NCBI GenBank assembly: GCA_051652765.1
Contig: JBOFUV010000035.1
Location: forward strand, 1-64,000
Source: Microcoleaceae cyanobacterium
Lineage (GTDB): Bacteria; Cyanobacteriota; Cyanobacteriia; Cyanobacteriales; Microcoleaceae
Length of the DNA: 64,000 nt
Direction of reading: 5' to 3'
Below are positions 51,316 to 60,204 of this stretch, in pieces. Under the pieces are notes generated by a model. The model had not been told where the DNA came from. It saw nothing but the letters and a program-made list of their open reading frames with translations, and did not search any database. Every line of letters starts with the position of its first letter. The first letter of the stretch is position 1. The translations under genes and the position numbers were made by a program.

Positions 51316-51331
51316 TCAGTAGGATTACGGA
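51316..51331. promoter_or_regulatory. Palindromic site TCAGTA-GGAT-TACGGA upstream of the metalloprotease gene
   Basis: One mismatch to TCCGTA-N4-TACGGA. Confidence 0.5.
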
Positions 51332-51420
51332 GATAAAAGGGCGGGTTCAGCTTAGATAATCGATCAATTTTTCACGGGTTATTCACAATTAATCTAGTCT
51401 TCTAACTTATCTTGCAACTC

Positions 51421-51519
51421 GTCACAAAGTATTCACAAGTCATCTACAAAATATTCATATAACATTCACAAAATGGTCACAAAACGGTCACAAAACGTGT
51501 AGAAAATGTTCATGAGCTT
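51421..51519. repeat. Nine degenerate 11-bp direct repeats (consensus about TTCACAAAATG)
   Basis: gtcacaaagta ttcacaagtca tctacaaaata ttcatataaca ttcacaaaatg gtcacaaaacg gtcacaaaacg tgtagaaaatg ttcatgagctt. Confidence 0.75.
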
Positions 51520-51551
51520 GGTCATCTGTGTAGAATTCGGGCTTTAAGTCG

Positions 51552-54089
51552 TCAATTCTTAGTTAATTTTTGCTGGAGAAACCTCGTTGCAGCGTCTTGA
51601 GGTAAAGGCTTGGAGAAGAAATATCCCTGTCCATATTCACAGCTTAATGCTTTCAAGGTTTGTTTCTGGGCTGCTGTTTCTATGCCTTCTGCGACAACAG
51701 ATATGCCCAGATTATGGGCTAGAATCACAATTGCTTTGACAATTTCTTTACTAACTTGGACTTCTTCCATACGGTTAACAAAAGAACGGTCAATTTTTAA
51801 GGTGTCGATGGGAAAGCAATACAGATAACTTAGGGAAGAATAGCCAATCCCAAAGTCATCTAAGCTGAGTTGCACCCCGAGGGATTTTAAGCGATTGAGA
51901 ATAGCGATCGCCTCTTCCACATCTGTCATAATTGCACTTTCTGTAATTTCCAGCTTGACACAAGCGCAGTCCACCTGACTTTCCACCAAGATAGTTTCAA
52001 AGTGTTCTACCAGATCAGGCTGATCAAATTGATGACTAGATAGGTTAATGCTCATGACCAGTGGCATCGGGAAAGCAAACTGTTGATTCCAGGCTTGAAT
52101 TTGACAACAGGCTTCCCGCAAAATCCAATGCCCCAAAGGAATAATTAACCCAGTTTCCTCTGCTATTGAGATGAATTGATCCGGCATAATCAAGCCATTT
52201 TGAGGAGAATACCATCGGATAAGGGCTTCAAACCCAATAATTCTCTCGGTCTGAAGACATAAAATCGGTTGGTAATAGAGTTGAAACTCCTGATTTTTAA
52301 TCGCTTGACGCAAGTTGGTTTCAGTTTCCAATCGCTGTTTGGCCTGCAACCCCATCCGTTTAGCAAACACTTGATGTTGAGCTTTGCCGAGAACTTTGGC
52401 ATGATACATGGCTGTTTGAGCATCCTGTAAAGGATCTTCAGCCTGGATCAAGTCTTCAAATTGATTGTAGGCAATGCCAATGCTCACCGTTGAGTAAATG
52501 TCGTGCCCACTAATCTGAAAAGGTTGAGTCAACTGCTTTTGAATGTGGTCGGCCATCTCTTTAGCCTCCCCAAACTGTTTGAGCGCAGGCAGCAAGATTG
52601 CAAATTCATCTCCACCCACCCGAGCCAACCGTGCATCAGGGCGCAAACAACTCTTGAGGCGACGACTGGCGGCGATCAGTAACCGATCCCCAATAGGATG
52701 CCCCAAGCCCTGATTAATCATCCGAAATCGATCTAAATCGAGAAATAAAATCGCAAACAGGGGGGGCTGAGGTTGACGAATATAACCCAGTTGCCCCAAG
52801 TGTTGGATAAATAAACGACGATTGGGCAACCCGGTTAACGCATCGTAGAAAATATTGTGCAGGGATTTGTAGGCGAGAACAATAGTCATGGCTGTTAATA
52901 AACCCAAGGCAGGAGCCACGAAAGGAATCCATCCTGCCTGACAAAAGGTCACAAAACAGATTATCCAAAGCCCAGTAAAAGCGGCGATCGCCCCAATTCC
53001 CAACCCAAGCGGATGGTGCAACCGCCACACTAGCAACCCCCCGATCAAAGACCATAGCCACAGCCACAGGACTTCAACCCACTCCTCCCAAAACCAGAAA
53101 AGAGGCCGATCATCCAGAACCACACCCAGAATTTGACTCACCATCTGAGCATGAATCAGAACCCCTGGCATCTGATGATTCTCTGTTTTCGTGGCGCTGA
53201 ATGGGGTGGGGAAGAGATCTCTAAGGCTAGGGGCTGTTGTTCCAATTAAAACCACTCTGTCTCGAACCTGGGCTGAATCAACTCGACCTTGGAGAACATC
53301 AGTCAAAGTGACTCGTTCAGCAATCGTTTCCGAGGGATAATTGATTAGACTTTGCCATCCCCGAGCTTCTGACGGAGGGAGTTGATATCCACCAGAAGTT
53401 TCTGTCAGCCGAGGAAAGACCGTTTCTCCAATTTGTAACTCATCCCGGTGCACCTGAAACTTAAGACTTTGATCAGAAAGATAGCGTAAACTCAGTCGAA
53501 GGGAGAAAGAGTAGAGTTTTTCTGAGTTGGATTCGGCATATAGTAAACTGCGTCGAATCGTATTGTCAGTATCGCTAATCAGATCACTAAAGCCAACTCG
53601 CTCTGGAGGGATATTAGCGGGAGGAGGAACGATTCCGTGAAGCGTGATCGCGACGATATTATCTGCTTTCAATACCTGGGATAGCTGTTCGCTACCCGGA
53701 GGTTGGGGTACGTCGCGATAGATATCTAAACCAATGACTTTGGGTTGATATTTGTTCAGATTTTCAAGGGTCTGAGCAATCACTTGATCGGATAGAGGCC
53801 AATGACCCTGCTGTCGAATGTCTTGTTCAGTAATTTCAACAATTAGGATGCGAGGATCAATGGTTTGATTTGCTTTCAAACGAATCATTTGATCAAAAGA
53901 AGCAAGCTCTAAACTTTGAAATTCCCTTGTGAATTTTATAGCAGTTAAAAATCCTGTTGCCAACAGACTGGCGAAAATTATAGTCGTAATATGAAGAGAT
54001 GAAGATCGATATGAAAGCTTTTTTTTGACCTTTTTGTTGCTAGAGGTTAACAATAGGGAACGAGTTTTTTGTAAAAGCTTCACAAACAT
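51552..54089 (-). CDS. CHASE2-GGDEF-EAL c-di-GMP signalling membrane protein
   Basis: CHASE2 (IGLDIYRD, MPGVLIHAQMVSQIL) + 3 TM; DALTGLPNR, LARVGGDEF, FEALIRW and LDDFGIGYSSL are all intact. Confidence 0.95.
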   Translation of the reverse strand: MFVKLLQKTRSLLLTSSNKKVKKKLSYRSSSLHITTIIFASLLATGFLTAIKFTREFQSLELASFDQMIRLKANQTIDPRILIVEITEQDIRQQGHWPLSDQVIAQTLENLNKYQPKVIGLDIYRDVPQPPGSEQLSQVLKADNIVAITLHGIVPPPANIPPERVGFSDLISDTDNTIRRSLLYAESNSEKLYSFSLRLSLRYLSDQSLKFQVHRDELQIGETVFPRLTETSGGYQLPPSEARGWQSLINYPSETIAERVTLTDVLQGRVDSAQVRDRVVLIGTTAPSLRDLFPTPFSATKTENHQMPGVLIHAQMVSQILGVVLDDRPLFWFWEEWVEVLWLWLWSLIGGLLVWRLHHPLGLGIGAIAAFTGLWIICFVTFCQAGWIPFVAPALGLLTAMTIVLAYKSLHNIFYDALTGLPNRRLFIQHLGQLGYIRQPQPPLFAILFLDLDRFRMINQGLGHPIGDRLLIAASRRLKSCLRPDARLARVGGDEFAILLPALKQFGEAKEMADHIQKQLTQPFQISGHDIYSTVSIGIAYNQFEDLIQAEDPLQDAQTAMYHAKVLGKAQHQVFAKRMGLQAKQRLETETNLRQAIKNQEFQLYYQPILCLQTERIIGFEALIRWYSPQNGLIMPDQFISIAEETGLIIPLGHWILREACCQIQAWNQQFAFPMPLVMSINLSSHQFDQPDLVEHFETILVESQVDCACVKLEITESAIMTDVEEAIAILNRLKSLGVQLSLDDFGIGYSSLSYLYCFPIDTLKIDRSFVNRMEEVQVSKEIVKAIVILAHNLGISVVAEGIETAAQKQTLKALSCEYGQGYFFSKPLPQDAATRFLQQKLTKN

Positions 54090-54136
54090 TTGAGGTTATT
54101 AAAGGTTTTGTAAAAATTACTAGCTTTTGATAACAA

Positions 54137-54152
54137 TCCGTGAATTTACCGA
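54137..54152. promoter_or_regulatory. Palindromic site TCCGTG-AATT-TACCGA in the divergent promoter
   Basis: Two mismatches to TCCGTA-N4-TACGGA. Confidence 0.45.
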
Positions 54153-54231
54153 GCTTGATTCTCTAGTTTAATCTCTAGAATAAGTGAAGTGCAAAACCGC
54201 GATTTACACCAGGGCTGATTAAGAGCTTGCT

Positions 54232-54459
54232 ATGTTATTTGAAACCACACCCCGTAAAGCACTCATTTTAGTTTGCTTTGCCTCGCTCCTGAATGGTCTC
54301 ATTTCCATCTACCCACAATTGGCTTCGGCTAATAGTTCAAGTCCTAGTAGTGCTACGGGCTTGCCTGGACGTCGGGAATCTGGTGGAACAAGAGTTAAAA
54401 CAACTTCTGCTATTTTAGCGGAGCACCGATTGGCTCTTGAGCAAACCGTTCTTCCCTAA
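54232..54459 (+). CDS. Small secreted peptide with GLPGRRESGGTR motif resembling the DUF928 N-terminal motif
   Basis: ATG start, hydrophobic h-region, ASA cleavage site, Ser-rich linker, then PGRRxxGGTR; lies directly upstream of the TpsB gene. Confidence 0.7.
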   Translation: MLFETTPRKALILVCFASLLNGLISIYPQLASANSSSPSSATGLPGRRESGGTRVKTTSAILAEHRLALEQTVLP

Positions 54460-54651
54460 GCTTAACATCACCAAGATGTAGCTTCATCAGCGCCCTTCTC
54501 GATGTGAGAATCTCAGTTTCTCCTAAAATTTGTCAGATTCTCCAACGTTGGGGAAGCTCTATAAATCTGCAAAAAGAGGGAACATCAGGTGAGTTTATGG
54601 AGAAAACTCCTATAATGTCTTTCCAGTGATTTTTATTACTAGGGCACAGAG

Positions 54652-56505
54652 ATGATCTTGGCAAACTGGAAATTTTACCTGCCCTGGCATCTAGCCTTGC
54701 AGAAATTGACAGGAACATTTAACCTGACTTCTCTGGGCATTATTGCTCCTGCGCTTCTTGTTGTTCCCGGCCAATCCATTTCACTGCCTTTAGTTAAAGA
54801 CATTTTAGTTAAAGATCGGGTTGAAAATAGTTTGGTTAAAGCCAATCTCCTGTCTGATCTCCTGTTAGAATCTCAGCCTGAACAATCCGTTCAGCTTGCG
54901 CCCCAGCCTCCCTCTCTCTCTCCTCTGCCGGAAATTGAACCTTCCCTGCCACCTCCTCCACCTGAACCGTTGATTCAACCTCAGTCTTCGCCTCAACCCC
55001 AGCAAATTCCGGGAACTATTCCACAAACAACAGTTGTCCAGAAATTTGAGGTGATTGGCAGTACCGTTTTCAGTCCAGATGACTTTGCTGCGATTACCCA
55101 ACCCTTCACCAATCGCCCCATTTCTTTACTGGATCTGTATCAGGTTCGATCTGCGATCACTCAACTTTACGTGGAACAGGGCTATATCAACTCTGGGGCA
55201 TTCATTCCCCCCCAAGAACTGACCCAGGGCCTGGTTAGAATTCAAGTCATTGAAGGCGGTTTAGAAGCCATTAACGTTTCTGGGACTCGGCGATTGCGGC
55301 CCAGTTATATTCGGAGTCGTTTAGCTTTAGCAACCACTCAGCCGCTTAACGTTAGCCGCTTGTTGGAAGCCCTACAACTCCTCCAACTTGATCCCTTGAT
55401 TGAAACTATCTCCAGTGAACTCTCTGCCAGCCCCCGTCAAGGCTTGAGTATTTTGGATATTACTGTTGTGGAAGCAGATTCCTTTGAATTTAGGCTCTTT
55501 GCAGACAATCAACGAACCCCTAGCGTGGGTAGCTTTCGGCGGGGTGTGGGCTTCACCGAGGCGAATTTACTGGGGTTTGGGGACAGTCTTAGCTTTGACT
55601 ATGGGAATACCGATGGCAGTAATAGCTTTGATTTGAATTATACAGTTCCATTCAATGCCCGCAACGGCACCCTCAGTGCCAGCGTAGGTCTTGGCCCTAG
55701 TGAGGTGATTTCTCGCCCGTTCAATGAACTGGACATCACATCGGACTCGCGCTACTACGAACTCACCCTGCGCCAGCCGATGATTCAAAGACCCACTCAA
55801 GAATTTACGGTGGGGTTGACCGGATCTCATCAATCCAGTGAAACTGAACTTTTAGATACCCCGTTTCCCATTGCTGCAGGTGCTGATGATCAGGGACGCA
55901 CCAAAGTGTCCGCGATTCGATTCTTTCAGGAGTGGGTCAATCGGGATTCTCAGTCGGTTCTGGCTTTACGATCGCAATTCAGTCTTGGTATTGGTGCGTT
56001 TGACGCAACGATTAACGATGGAGACATCCCCGATAGTCGCTTTTTTACCTGGCGATTGCAGGGACAATGGGTACGCCTATTGGCCGAAGACACCCTGTTC
56101 CTCCTGCGGGGGGATCTACAACTGGCCAGTGAACCGTTGTTGGCCCTAGAACAGTTTCGACTTGGGGGATTAGATAGTGTCCGAGGATATCCCCGAGATA
56201 CGTTGTTGATTGATAATGGCGTGTTTGTGTCAGCAGAAGTCCGGTTGCCGATCGCGCGGATTCCAGAGTGGGACGCTATTCTTCATCTCACTCCTTTTGT
56301 TGAATATGGTCAAGGCTGGAATGATTCTGGACTTGATCCTGAGCCGGATGAGTTGGGCTCTGTGGGTCTCGGGATACAGTGGCAACAGGGCGATAGTCTG
56401 AGTATTCGAGCTGGCATCGGAATTCCCTGGAATAGTATTGATTCTCCTGATAGAAGTTGGCTCGAAGATCGAATTTATTTTTCAGTGATTTTTACCCCGT
56501 TTTAG
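54652..56505 (+). CDS. ShlB/FhaC/HecB-family TpsB outer-membrane transporter
   Basis: POTRA (FEVIGSTVF...ITQLYVEQGYINSGAFIP...IEG), barrel with SVRGYP (VRGY loop 6), C-terminal Phe. Start codon uncertain. Confidence 0.93.
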   Translation: MILANWKFYLPWHLALQKLTGTFNLTSLGIIAPALLVVPGQSISLPLVKDILVKDRVENSLVKANLLSDLLLESQPEQSVQLAPQPPSLSPLPEIEPSLPPPPPEPLIQPQSSPQPQQIPGTIPQTTVVQKFEVIGSTVFSPDDFAAITQPFTNRPISLLDLYQVRSAITQLYVEQGYINSGAFIPPQELTQGLVRIQVIEGGLEAINVSGTRRLRPSYIRSRLALATTQPLNVSRLLEALQLLQLDPLIETISSELSASPRQGLSILDITVVEADSFEFRLFADNQRTPSVGSFRRGVGFTEANLLGFGDSLSFDYGNTDGSNSFDLNYTVPFNARNGTLSASVGLGPSEVISRPFNELDITSDSRYYELTLRQPMIQRPTQEFTVGLTGSHQSSETELLDTPFPIAAGADDQGRTKVSAIRFFQEWVNRDSQSVLALRSQFSLGIGAFDATINDGDIPDSRFFTWRLQGQWVRLLAEDTLFLLRGDLQLASEPLLALEQFRLGGLDSVRGYPRDTLLIDNGVFVSAEVRLPIARIPEWDAILHLTPFVEYGQGWNDSGLDPEPDELGSVGLGIQWQQGDSLSIRAGIGIPWNSIDSPDRSWLEDRIYFSVIFTPF

Positions 56506-56527
56506 CAACCCACATGGATTTGGCATC

Positions 56528-56575
56528 ATAAAATTAACAATTAATAAAATTAACAATTAATAAAATTAAAAACTA
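56528..56575. repeat. AT-rich 16-bp tandem repeat x3
   Basis: ATAAAATTAACAATTA ATAAAATTAACAATTA ATAAAATTAAAAACTA. Confidence 0.8.
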
Positions 56576-56595
56576 TTAAAATCTTGCCAATAAAA

Positions 56596-56644
56596 TATCG
56601 CTGACTGCCAACTCTAAAGAAAGAAGCTGAGCAGATCAGCGATA
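56596..56644. terminator. Stem-loop between convergent genes
   Basis: TATCGCTGA-CTGC ... GCAG-A-TCAGCGATA. Confidence 0.45.
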
Positions 56645-56695
56645 ATATCAACCTTCATCCGCAACTAGATAACAAAAGGCTTTTACAAAAACGAC

Positions 56696-58378
56696 CTACT
56701 TCTTCAATCCAGCGAAGAAATCTCGCAACTGTTCAGAGGCAACATCTCGTCCACCGAGACCATAAGAAATCGCAATCGCAACGGCGATCGCCCCCAACAG
56801 CAAACCAAAGGCCAAATTAACAATGTCAGGAGCAACTTGCATTTGTTCCAGGGCCATGGCACCGACAAACACAATAATTGCAACCCGGGCCGCTTGGGCC
56901 AGAAATCTGGGTGAGCCAGTATTTAAGATCAATCTGTAGGCGAGATTAGCACAATAAAGCCCCACCGCAAAAACGATCACGCCAACTAGAACGTGACCTG
57001 CGATGTTGAGTACCCGTTCCAACAGAACTGTCAGGGAACCTAAGCCCAAGATATCAGTCGCTGTCACAACGGCAAACAGCATAACGCCTACAGTAGCAAT
57101 CAACCCCACAATCTCTGATGGAGTTCGAGCCATCTTTTGCTGATCCTGCAAGACGGTCTCAGCTCGAGATCCAAGTGGAGTTGGCTCCGCAAATTGATCT
57201 CTAATCTGTTCCCTAACGGTCGGTTCCGGTGCCTGAATAGACTCCAATCCCAGCCAACGCAATAGATTATTAAAACCTAAGCTAGTCAGAAGGCTCGTCA
57301 CTAAATCGCCAACAAATCGGGCAATAAAGTAGGCGACAAACAGAATCACAATGGCTGCAAAAATCTGCGGAATGATGTTGAAAATGCTATTCAACATCGT
57401 AATTGCAGGTTGAGAAATGGCCTGAATCTTCAGCCGCTCAAGGGCAGCGATCGCAATTGGAATCAAAATCAGAACAAAAACAACGGTTCCAATCAGGGAA
57501 GAAAAAGTTTGACCCCCAGCGACCCCACCAGAAAATCCAAATCGACGACCAAACTGATCAATTCCTGTAGCGGCCAAGAGATTCGTGACAATCCGACGAA
57601 CAACCTGAGCAATAATCCAACCTGCACCTGCAATCAAGATCGCAGCAAAGATATTCGGCAGAATGGCCAGAATCCGATTCACCATATCCTGAACAGGAGC
57701 CAACAAGCCATCCAGACTCAGCGTGCTCAGGATAACGGGCAGAAACAGGAGAAAGACAAACCAGTAAAGCGTATTCGCTAGGGTTGTACTTAGAGACGTG
57801 GACTGCTGCTGACCAACCGTAGTACCCGTAACCTGTTGGTTCAGCTTCTCATCGAGTCGAAATGAACCCAACAAACGTAGAACTAAAGATCGAGCAATTG
57901 TTGCTAGCACCCAAGCCAAGCCGAGTAGCAAGGCTGCCCCTAAAAGATTGGGCAAGAAACCCGTAACCTCATTCACCAAGGTGGTGAGCGGAGTGGCTGC
58001 GCCCCCAAACTGAAGTCTCTCCAGGAACCCAATAATGGCAAGAAGAAAGATAATCCAAAAAACCGCAGTTCCAATCCAGTTTTCGACAGGAATGTCTTCC
58101 CCACCATCGCTGCGACCACTGATCCAAGAAGCAATACGATTGTCAAAATCAGTCTTTTTCAGCAGGTTTCGAGTCAAAGATTGAGCAAATAGCGCAACCA
58201 ACCAGCCAATAAATAAAAGCGTGACCGCTAGAACAATGTCCCAAATCCGGGCCGTATTGATCCCCCCAATTGCACGGGTTGTGTCTTGAACTATATCCAC
58301 TTGGGCCAAGTTTAGGTGAGATAAAGTCAATATTCTCACTCCAACTATCTGTGGAATTTCGTACCAGATTTCATTCAT
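56696..58378 (-). CDS. TM-helix-repeat membrane protein (CmpX / small mechanosensitive channel-like)
   Basis: Repeated (F/I)LPN(L/I)xxA.L.L..GW..A units and C-terminal IVNLAFGLLLGAIAVAIAISYGLGGRD. Confidence 0.85.
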   Translation of the reverse strand: MNEIWYEIPQIVGVRILTLSHLNLAQVDIVQDTTRAIGGINTARIWDIVLAVTLLFIGWLVALFAQSLTRNLLKKTDFDNRIASWISGRSDGGEDIPVENWIGTAVFWIIFLLAIIGFLERLQFGGAATPLTTLVNEVTGFLPNLLGAALLLGLAWVLATIARSLVLRLLGSFRLDEKLNQQVTGTTVGQQQSTSLSTTLANTLYWFVFLLFLPVILSTLSLDGLLAPVQDMVNRILAILPNIFAAILIAGAGWIIAQVVRRIVTNLLAATGIDQFGRRFGFSGGVAGGQTFSSLIGTVVFVLILIPIAIAALERLKIQAISQPAITMLNSIFNIIPQIFAAIVILFVAYFIARFVGDLVTSLLTSLGFNNLLRWLGLESIQAPEPTVREQIRDQFAEPTPLGSRAETVLQDQQKMARTPSEIVGLIATVGVMLFAVVTATDILGLGSLTVLLERVLNIAGHVLVGVIVFAVGLYCANLAYRLILNTGSPRFLAQAARVAIIVFVGAMALEQMQVAPDIVNLAFGLLLGAIAVAIAISYGLGGRDVASEQLRDFFAGLKK

Positions 58379-58707
58379 AGTTTTCTTGGGTTAGTCATGA
58401 AGTCTAGAATGAGCAGAAGGCAAATCCTTCGCTTTTAGCTTGAGGCAGAAAAGTACAGGATTTCCGTGTTGTGCTTGAGGTCTCTAGAATACAAGTGACC
58501 TCACTTGACTCAGCATCAAGAGAGCTAGTCTCTCAACTCAGACAGACTGTAAAATATCCTTTCAAGTCTGGCGAAACCTCAAGCAGTATTAGAAAATAAC
58601 GGATAGGAGAACAGAATCCTCCAGAATACTTACTCTTTCAAGACCCCTAAACATCTAGCGATGTCTAGACGGCTCTACTTGTAACAATCTGCCTATAGCT
58701 TGAAGGA

Positions 58708-59157
58708 ATGATGCCATCTCGTCAAGTCTTTAAACAATCGATTCAGATCCGCTCTACTGCAACAATTGTGGAACAGTGTATTACGGAACGGGATTTGATG
58801 CATCAATGGCTGAATCCTGCCCTCAAATGTGACCCGGTGGGAGACTGGAATACGGAGGTTGGGAGCCGTTTTCGGTTCATTGTACAAGTCCCCCTGCTAC
58901 AACCCGCCCTTGATTGTATCGTTGTGGAGCGAGAACCGGGCTTAATTGTCTGGGGATTTGATGGTTTTTTTAAAGGGTGCGATCGCTGGGAATGTCAGCC
59001 GGAAGGATCAGGAACCTTGTTGGTCAATCAGTTTGAGTTTGAAATTCCCAATCCTCTCATTAAATTTGGGTTCAATCAATTTGCGGCCTCTTGGACAAAA
59101 ATAGACATGGAAGCTCAGCTTCGTCGCCTCAAGCAGGTGGCTGAAAGACCACGTTAG
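58708..59157 (+). CDS. SRPBCC / polyketide-cyclase-like protein
   Basis: QSIQI...VEQCIT...MHQWLNP...VVEREPGLIVWGFDGFFKG.DRW...QLRRLKQVAE. Confidence 0.8.
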   Translation: MMPSRQVFKQSIQIRSTATIVEQCITERDLMHQWLNPALKCDPVGDWNTEVGSRFRFIVQVPLLQPALDCIVVEREPGLIVWGFDGFFKGCDRWECQPEGSGTLLVNQFEFEIPNPLIKFGFNQFAASWTKIDMEAQLRRLKQVAERPR

Positions 59158-59435
59158 TGAGGTATTGCAAGTTAAAGCCGATCGGGTGAAACCCAACATT
59201 CTCAAGGGCTTAGTCCCAGGATCTGAGAAAATTGTCAACAGTTTCCAGCAGCACACTGCATTGTTGAATGCTCTCAAGAGCTTAGTCTTAAGGGCTTAGA
59301 AAGAGTGGAACCTATGCCCCACTCCTCCCGCCCAATACGAGTCTCAATTGTTACAACACACTACACTCGATCAGAAATAGCTACAGAGTGTCTGTCCTAT
59401 TGCCAACTCGTGTTTCCAACTTGTTTCCAACTTGC

Positions 59436-60089
59436 CTATTTCTCACAAATAACCCGTTGAACTTCAGGTTGGGCCTTGAGAAAATCAATGGCTTTTGCAC
59501 CTAGGGCGACAATATCTTCATAAAGATTGATTAAGCTATCCACATCGACGCTGATCACATCTAGCCCCTGATAGCCTAAAATCAGCTCCAAAATAGTCAG
59601 GGTACCATCTCGAGTTACACCTCGAATAGACTGCAGCACACTGTCTATTACCTTGTCAATCTCGCTCCCAGACTTGATGAACAAGCTAACGGCTCCCACT
59701 GCAAGTCGCCCATAGCTGGAGTCTAGTAGCGTATCTACAACATCAGCAGGCACGTTGACACTAAAGTTTAAAGCCTTCCGAAAATCCGAAACTTGCTGTT
59801 CGGTTAAGCTAGCCAATACAAAGAGCGATCGCAGTTGATTGGACTGTTCCCCTGTTTCAGCGAAAGATTGTAAATCTGTAAAAGCGATGGCAATACTTGC
59901 AGGCCCATACCTGAGCTGAAGCTCTTCAATGGCAGGAGCCGGACGAGCCGTTAGAATGATCCAACTTGCTGTCAAGCTCAGAACCATTGCCAACCCCAAA
60001 GAAATGTATCTTGAGATGCGCCCCGTAAACAGAGCAAAGGGATTCTGAAGCTTTTGTAACCAGCGTCCCATTGAATGTTTCATATTCAT
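59436..60089 (-). CDS. Exported DUF1400-domain protein (alpha/beta-hydrolase-associated domain, no catalytic domain)
   Basis: Signal peptide, then AIEELQLRYGPASIAIAFTDLQSFAETGE...LTILELI. Confidence 0.7.
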   Translation of the reverse strand: MNMKHSMGRWLQKLQNPFALFTGRISRYISLGLAMVLSLTASWIILTARPAPAIEELQLRYGPASIAIAFTDLQSFAETGEQSNQLRSLFVLASLTEQQVSDFRKALNFSVNVPADVVDTLLDSSYGRLAVGAVSLFIKSGSEIDKVIDSVLQSIRGVTRDGTLTILELILGYQGLDVISVDVDSLINLYEDIVALGAKAIDFLKAQPEVQRVICEK

Positions 60090-60204
60090 TCCTCACAACG
60101 TTTAGGAGTAAATGATAAAGTGACTCAGTCGTCTTTATCATACTTCTAGTTAGTCTATTAGAAATGTGCTAAAGTTCCACATCAAAAAAGCAATGAGTTG
60201 AACC

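Noticed and set aside
51421..51519. CRISPR array
   Set aside because: Units are 11 bp, contiguous and without spacers; no cas genes in the window.
54358..54393. PatS/PatX heterocyst-patterning peptide
   Set aside because: The motif is RRESGGTR, not RG(S/T)GR, and matches the DUF928 N-terminal motif better.
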